Source: Patellaria atrata CBS 101060 (taxonomy: Eukaryota). From it: a stretch of 25,607 nt of DNA. The notes under the pieces were generated by a model, which worked only from the letters and a program-made list of their open reading frames with translations, ran no database searches and was not told the DNA's origin. Position numbers and translations under genes: made by a program. Each line of letters opens with the position of its first letter. The first letter of the stretch is position 1. Shown here one piece after another: positions 22,491 to 25,607 of the stretch. Location of the stretch: assembly GCA_010093705.1 (NCBI GenBank), contig MU006089.1:127628-153234 (forward strand), written 5' to 3'.

Positions 22491-23504
22491 TAGAGTAGAG
22501 GGCGCTGTCAAGGTTCAACCTCAGATGGAAGCTGAAAGGTATATTGCTACATATACATGAAGCTTAAACTTAAGGTGTGCTGTTCTGCTAAAGTACAGTA
22601 TGACTAAGCCGCTGGATCATCCAAGGCACTTATACCTATCGGGTCTAACCCGTGACAGGCCATGCTGGTCAGCGTGTCTGGATGCTCCTCCCCAAGCACC
22701 CTTGATTCCTATTGTCCGAATATTGGTAACCAGAATAAACATCCTGCTCGCTTATTTCGCCCCGGACTACGGTGTCAGAGTAACCAGGGTTACTAATCTG
22801 ATACAGCACTGTCTTTTAATTCTTACTGTTGGTACTATTCTCGTTAGTTTCTAAGACATAGATTTCATACTGTTCCGTCCGTTTTGGTACACACCTGCGG
22901 TATATAACACATAGATAGAACCACTCATTTGAGAATCAAGCCATGCACCTTTTCAGCCACTGCAGCAATCTGACACAAACAGATGAGAACCACTACGGAA
23001 ACTAAAATGAGCTCACATCTGACCAAGGTACATTCGGTTACCCCAGTAAACGGTATCTTTTTACCTGGTTACTAATAATGATTTCCGACGCTTTCGGACC
23101 GGCTATGAAGGCAGCGGTCGAGGCAGTATACGCGAAGGCCTTAAAACGGGCTCAGCCTCCGTGGTCTGGTACCGATGAAGCAAGTTACTGTGGTATATTC
23201 GTTTAGCACACTCTGCTTTAATCAAGTCGCTAGAAGCAATGCAAATACTATAATAGAGCGTTCCTTGTTTCATTCTCTAAGTAGCACGCCGACAAAAACA
23301 GAGTTTATTGGTGAGCTTTATGATGCCGTTTCCGCTTCACCGGAAGACTTGGCTGTCGCGTCAACAAGTATAGGTAGGTAACCTCCGCCCCTAGCCATCA
23401 CAATCTATCAACGGCTTCTATTGTTCCCCACAATTCGTAGTCGCTATCTTGGTCGGCTCTAAACAGCCACTTGCCCCGAACCGTTTGCGTTTTCCGTTAT
23501 AGCG

Positions 23505-25607
23505 ATGCGACTTCTTCACTTTGATTATTCTAGAGGACTAATCTCGACGGACTTCGGCAGGAAGAGCATTCCGCCATATGCTATTCTTTCACATAGATGG
23601 GGAGATGGCGAGGTTCTCTTCGAAGATCTAGGAAGCGACACCTATAAAAAGAAGGATGGTTATCGAAAGATTGAGTTCTGTGCCGAACAGGTGGCCCAGG
23701 ATCAGCTGCAGTACTTCTGGATCGACACATGTTGTATTGACAAATGGAACCTTCGTGAGCGCTCGAAAGCGATCAACTCGATGTTTCGTTGGTATAGAAA
23801 TGCGGCAAAATGCTACGTATTCCTGTCGGATGTTTCAGTATCTACTGCGACAGAGATACCCCAACGAAGTACCTGGGAGGTATCCTTCCGGGCAAGCGAA
23901 TGGTTTACTCGAGGTTGGACACTTCAAGAACTTATTGCTCCAGTATCAGTCGAGTTCTTCTCCAGTGAAGGACGGCGGATAGGCGATAAAATATCTCTCG
24001 AACCGCTGATACGTGAAATTACTGGCGTTCCACTTAACGCATTACGGGGTCATTCCTTAGACGAATTCACTATATCCGAGCGAATGGAATGGGCCAGAAA
24101 CCGCGAAACAACTGAAGAAGAAGATAATATATACTGCCTTCTTGGAATTCTCGATGTCTCTATGCCTACCTCCTATGGCGAAGGAAAGGAGAATGCATTA
24201 AGAAGACTCCAGATGGAAGTGGAAGCAGCTGATAGCGCACCAACTATCATTCCGTTTTCCCGAAACGATCATTTCGTGGGTCGAGAGTCACAGCTCGCGG
24301 AACTGGAAGCAAAGCTCCTAGGAGACAAGCAAACTACAACATTAGCGATAGTAGGACCCGGAGGAATAGGCAAATCACAGCTAGCGCTCGAGCTTGCGTA
24401 TAAAATAAGACAAAAGAATAAGAACTACTCCGTTTTCTGGATTAATGCAAGCGACATAGACAGTCTCTATCAATCGTATACAAGTATTGCCCAAAAGCTC
24501 GACATTCCGGGTTGGGACGATGAGAAGGTAGACATTAGGCAGTTGGTAAAATTTCATCTAAGTAGAAAGGATGCAAGGCAGTGTTTGCTAATTTTTGATA
24601 ACACGGAGAACATAACCCTAAAGTCCAGCGGGTTCTCCACGGCACGAGCTGCCAACTTGATCGACTACCTACCACAGTCGGAACTATGTTCTATCATCTT
24701 CACAACAACTAACAGTGACACAGCCAAAAGTTTAGCATCGCAAAACATTGTAAAGCTAGGGGAAATGGCACCGGATATGGCCCAAAGGACGTTGGAAAAC
24801 TATTTAAATACTCCGGTTTTAAGAAGTGAGCAGCAGGAGGCGAAGCTTTTACTACAAGACCTATTATATCTTCCCCTAGCAATTGTCCAAGCAGCAGCCT
24901 ATATTAATACCAGAAATGTCACGCTACAGATGTACCGATCACAACTAGTCAGGCGAAAGAAAGAAGCTCTCGAGCGCGACAGCGAATTATCTAAGGATAA
25001 GCTACAGGAGTACGGTATAAAAAGTCCTATAGCTATCACACTACTTGTCTCCATGGACCAGATCCACCGTAGTGATACGCTAGCAGCAGACTATCTATTC
25101 CTTGCCGCCTGCGTAGACCGAAAAGACATCCCGCTGGATTTTCTGGAAGCATCGTCGCCCCGTGAAAGGGAAGATGCGATAAAAGTTCTCAGTAGCTACG
25201 CGCTTATTGTAAGGCGGCCTGCCGAATCCGCACTTGATCTTCACCAACTAGTACATCGCGCTCTACGGGAGTGGCTTCGAAAGCTGGAGAGGCTGGACCA
25301 ATGGACCCGAAATGCTATTACACGGCTGCTTAGAGTGTTCCCAGATCCTGATCATGGTAATAGAAGCAAGTGGAGACGATTACTTCCGCATGCTAAATAC
25401 GCTTTGTCACATAGTCTCGTTGAACAAGAGGGCGGGAATAGGTTAACCTTGGCATGGAAGTGTGCTATGACGCTACATAGTGATGGACGGTACAACGAGT
25501 GTGAAGAGTTATATGTGCAAGTGATGGAGACGAGCTCGAGGGTGCTTGGGGACGAGCATCCTTCCACGCTGACCAGCATGGCTAACCTGGCGTCGACGTA
25601 CAGGAAT
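23505..25607 (+). CDS. Fungal NLR-like STAND protein: HET domain + NB-ARC + TPR repeats (partial; runs off the right edge)
   Basis: ATG at 23505, open for 701 codons to the window end (absent from the ORF track because it has no stop). HET domain: PPYAILSHRWGDGEV, YFWIDTCCIDKWN, AINSMFRWYRNAAKCYVFLSDV, SEWFTRGWTLQELIAP. NB-ARC: IPFSRNDHFVGRES, Walker A GPGGIGKS, Walker B LLIFDN, LPLAIVQAAAYI, LHQLVH. First TPR unit: GRYNECEELYVQVMETSSRVLGDEHPSTLTSMANLASTYRN. Confidence 0.95.
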   Translation, partial: MRLLHFDYSRGLISTDFGRKSIPPYAILSHRWGDGEVLFEDLGSDTYKKKDGYRKIEFCAEQVAQDQLQYFWIDTCCIDKWNLRERSKAINSMFRWYRNAAKCYVFLSDVSVSTATEIPQRSTWEVSFRASEWFTRGWTLQELIAPVSVEFFSSEGRRIGDKISLEPLIREITGVPLNALRGHSLDEFTISERMEWARNRETTEEEDNIYCLLGILDVSMPTSYGEGKENALRRLQMEVEAADSAPTIIPFSRNDHFVGRESQLAELEAKLLGDKQTTTLAIVGPGGIGKSQLALELAYKIRQKNKNYSVFWINASDIDSLYQSYTSIAQKLDIPGWDDEKVDIRQLVKFHLSRKDARQCLLIFDNTENITLKSSGFSTARAANLIDYLPQSELCSIIFTTTNSDTAKSLASQNIVKLGEMAPDMAQRTLENYLNTPVLRSEQQEAKLLLQDLLYLPLAIVQAAAYINTRNVTLQMYRSQLVRRKKEALERDSELSKDKLQEYGIKSPIAITLLVSMDQIHRSDTLAADYLFLAACVDRKDIPLDFLEASSPREREDAIKVLSSYALIVRRPAESALDLHQLVHRALREWLRKLERLDQWTRNAITRLLRVFPDPDHGNRSKWRRLLPHAKYALSHSLVEQEGGNRLTLAWKCAMTLHSDGRYNECEELYVQVMETSSRVLGDEHPSTLTSMANLASTYRN

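Noticed and set aside
22288..22518. ORF encoding (YSD)n repeats as a possible repeat-peptide precursor
   Set aside because: It has a non-ATG start, no signal peptide and no KR/KK cleavage sites; the peptide repeat is just the translation of the 9-bp minisatellite.
8387..25607. Definite Starship or horizontal-transfer call for the accessory region
   Set aside because: No tyrosine recombinase or verifiable boundary repeat is in the window, and the ICS gene has a spliceosomal intron. Kept only as a testable hypothesis.

Overview
This is genomic DNA from a filamentous ascomycete, with short GT-AG introns carrying CTAAC/CTGAC branch points. The window has two halves. Positions 1-8386 are a gene-dense block of five intact housekeeping-type genes: an APSES Swi6/Cdc10-type cell-cycle factor (runs off the left edge), an LYR-motif protein, a GNAT acetyltransferase, a TOK1 two-pore K+ channel and a mitochondrial PDK/BCKDK-family kinase. 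Positions ~8400-25607 form a gene-sparse accessory region. It holds a catalase pseudogene whose five premature stops all fit RIP-type transitions, an intact stand-alone isocyanide synthase (DIT1/PvcA) fused to a TauD-type Fe/2OG dioxygenase, and a 190-bp solo LTR with a 5-bp TSD. It also holds a full-length but dead Fot1/pogo transposon, a PD-(D/E)XK-like gene frameshifted by a perfect 62-bp tandem duplication, and a HET-NB-ARC-TPR fungal NLR that runs off the right edge. The best candidate for an uncharacterised system is the orphan isocyanide synthase-dioxygenase fusion in this defence-type island. All family calls come from manual translation and motif recognition; no database searches were run.
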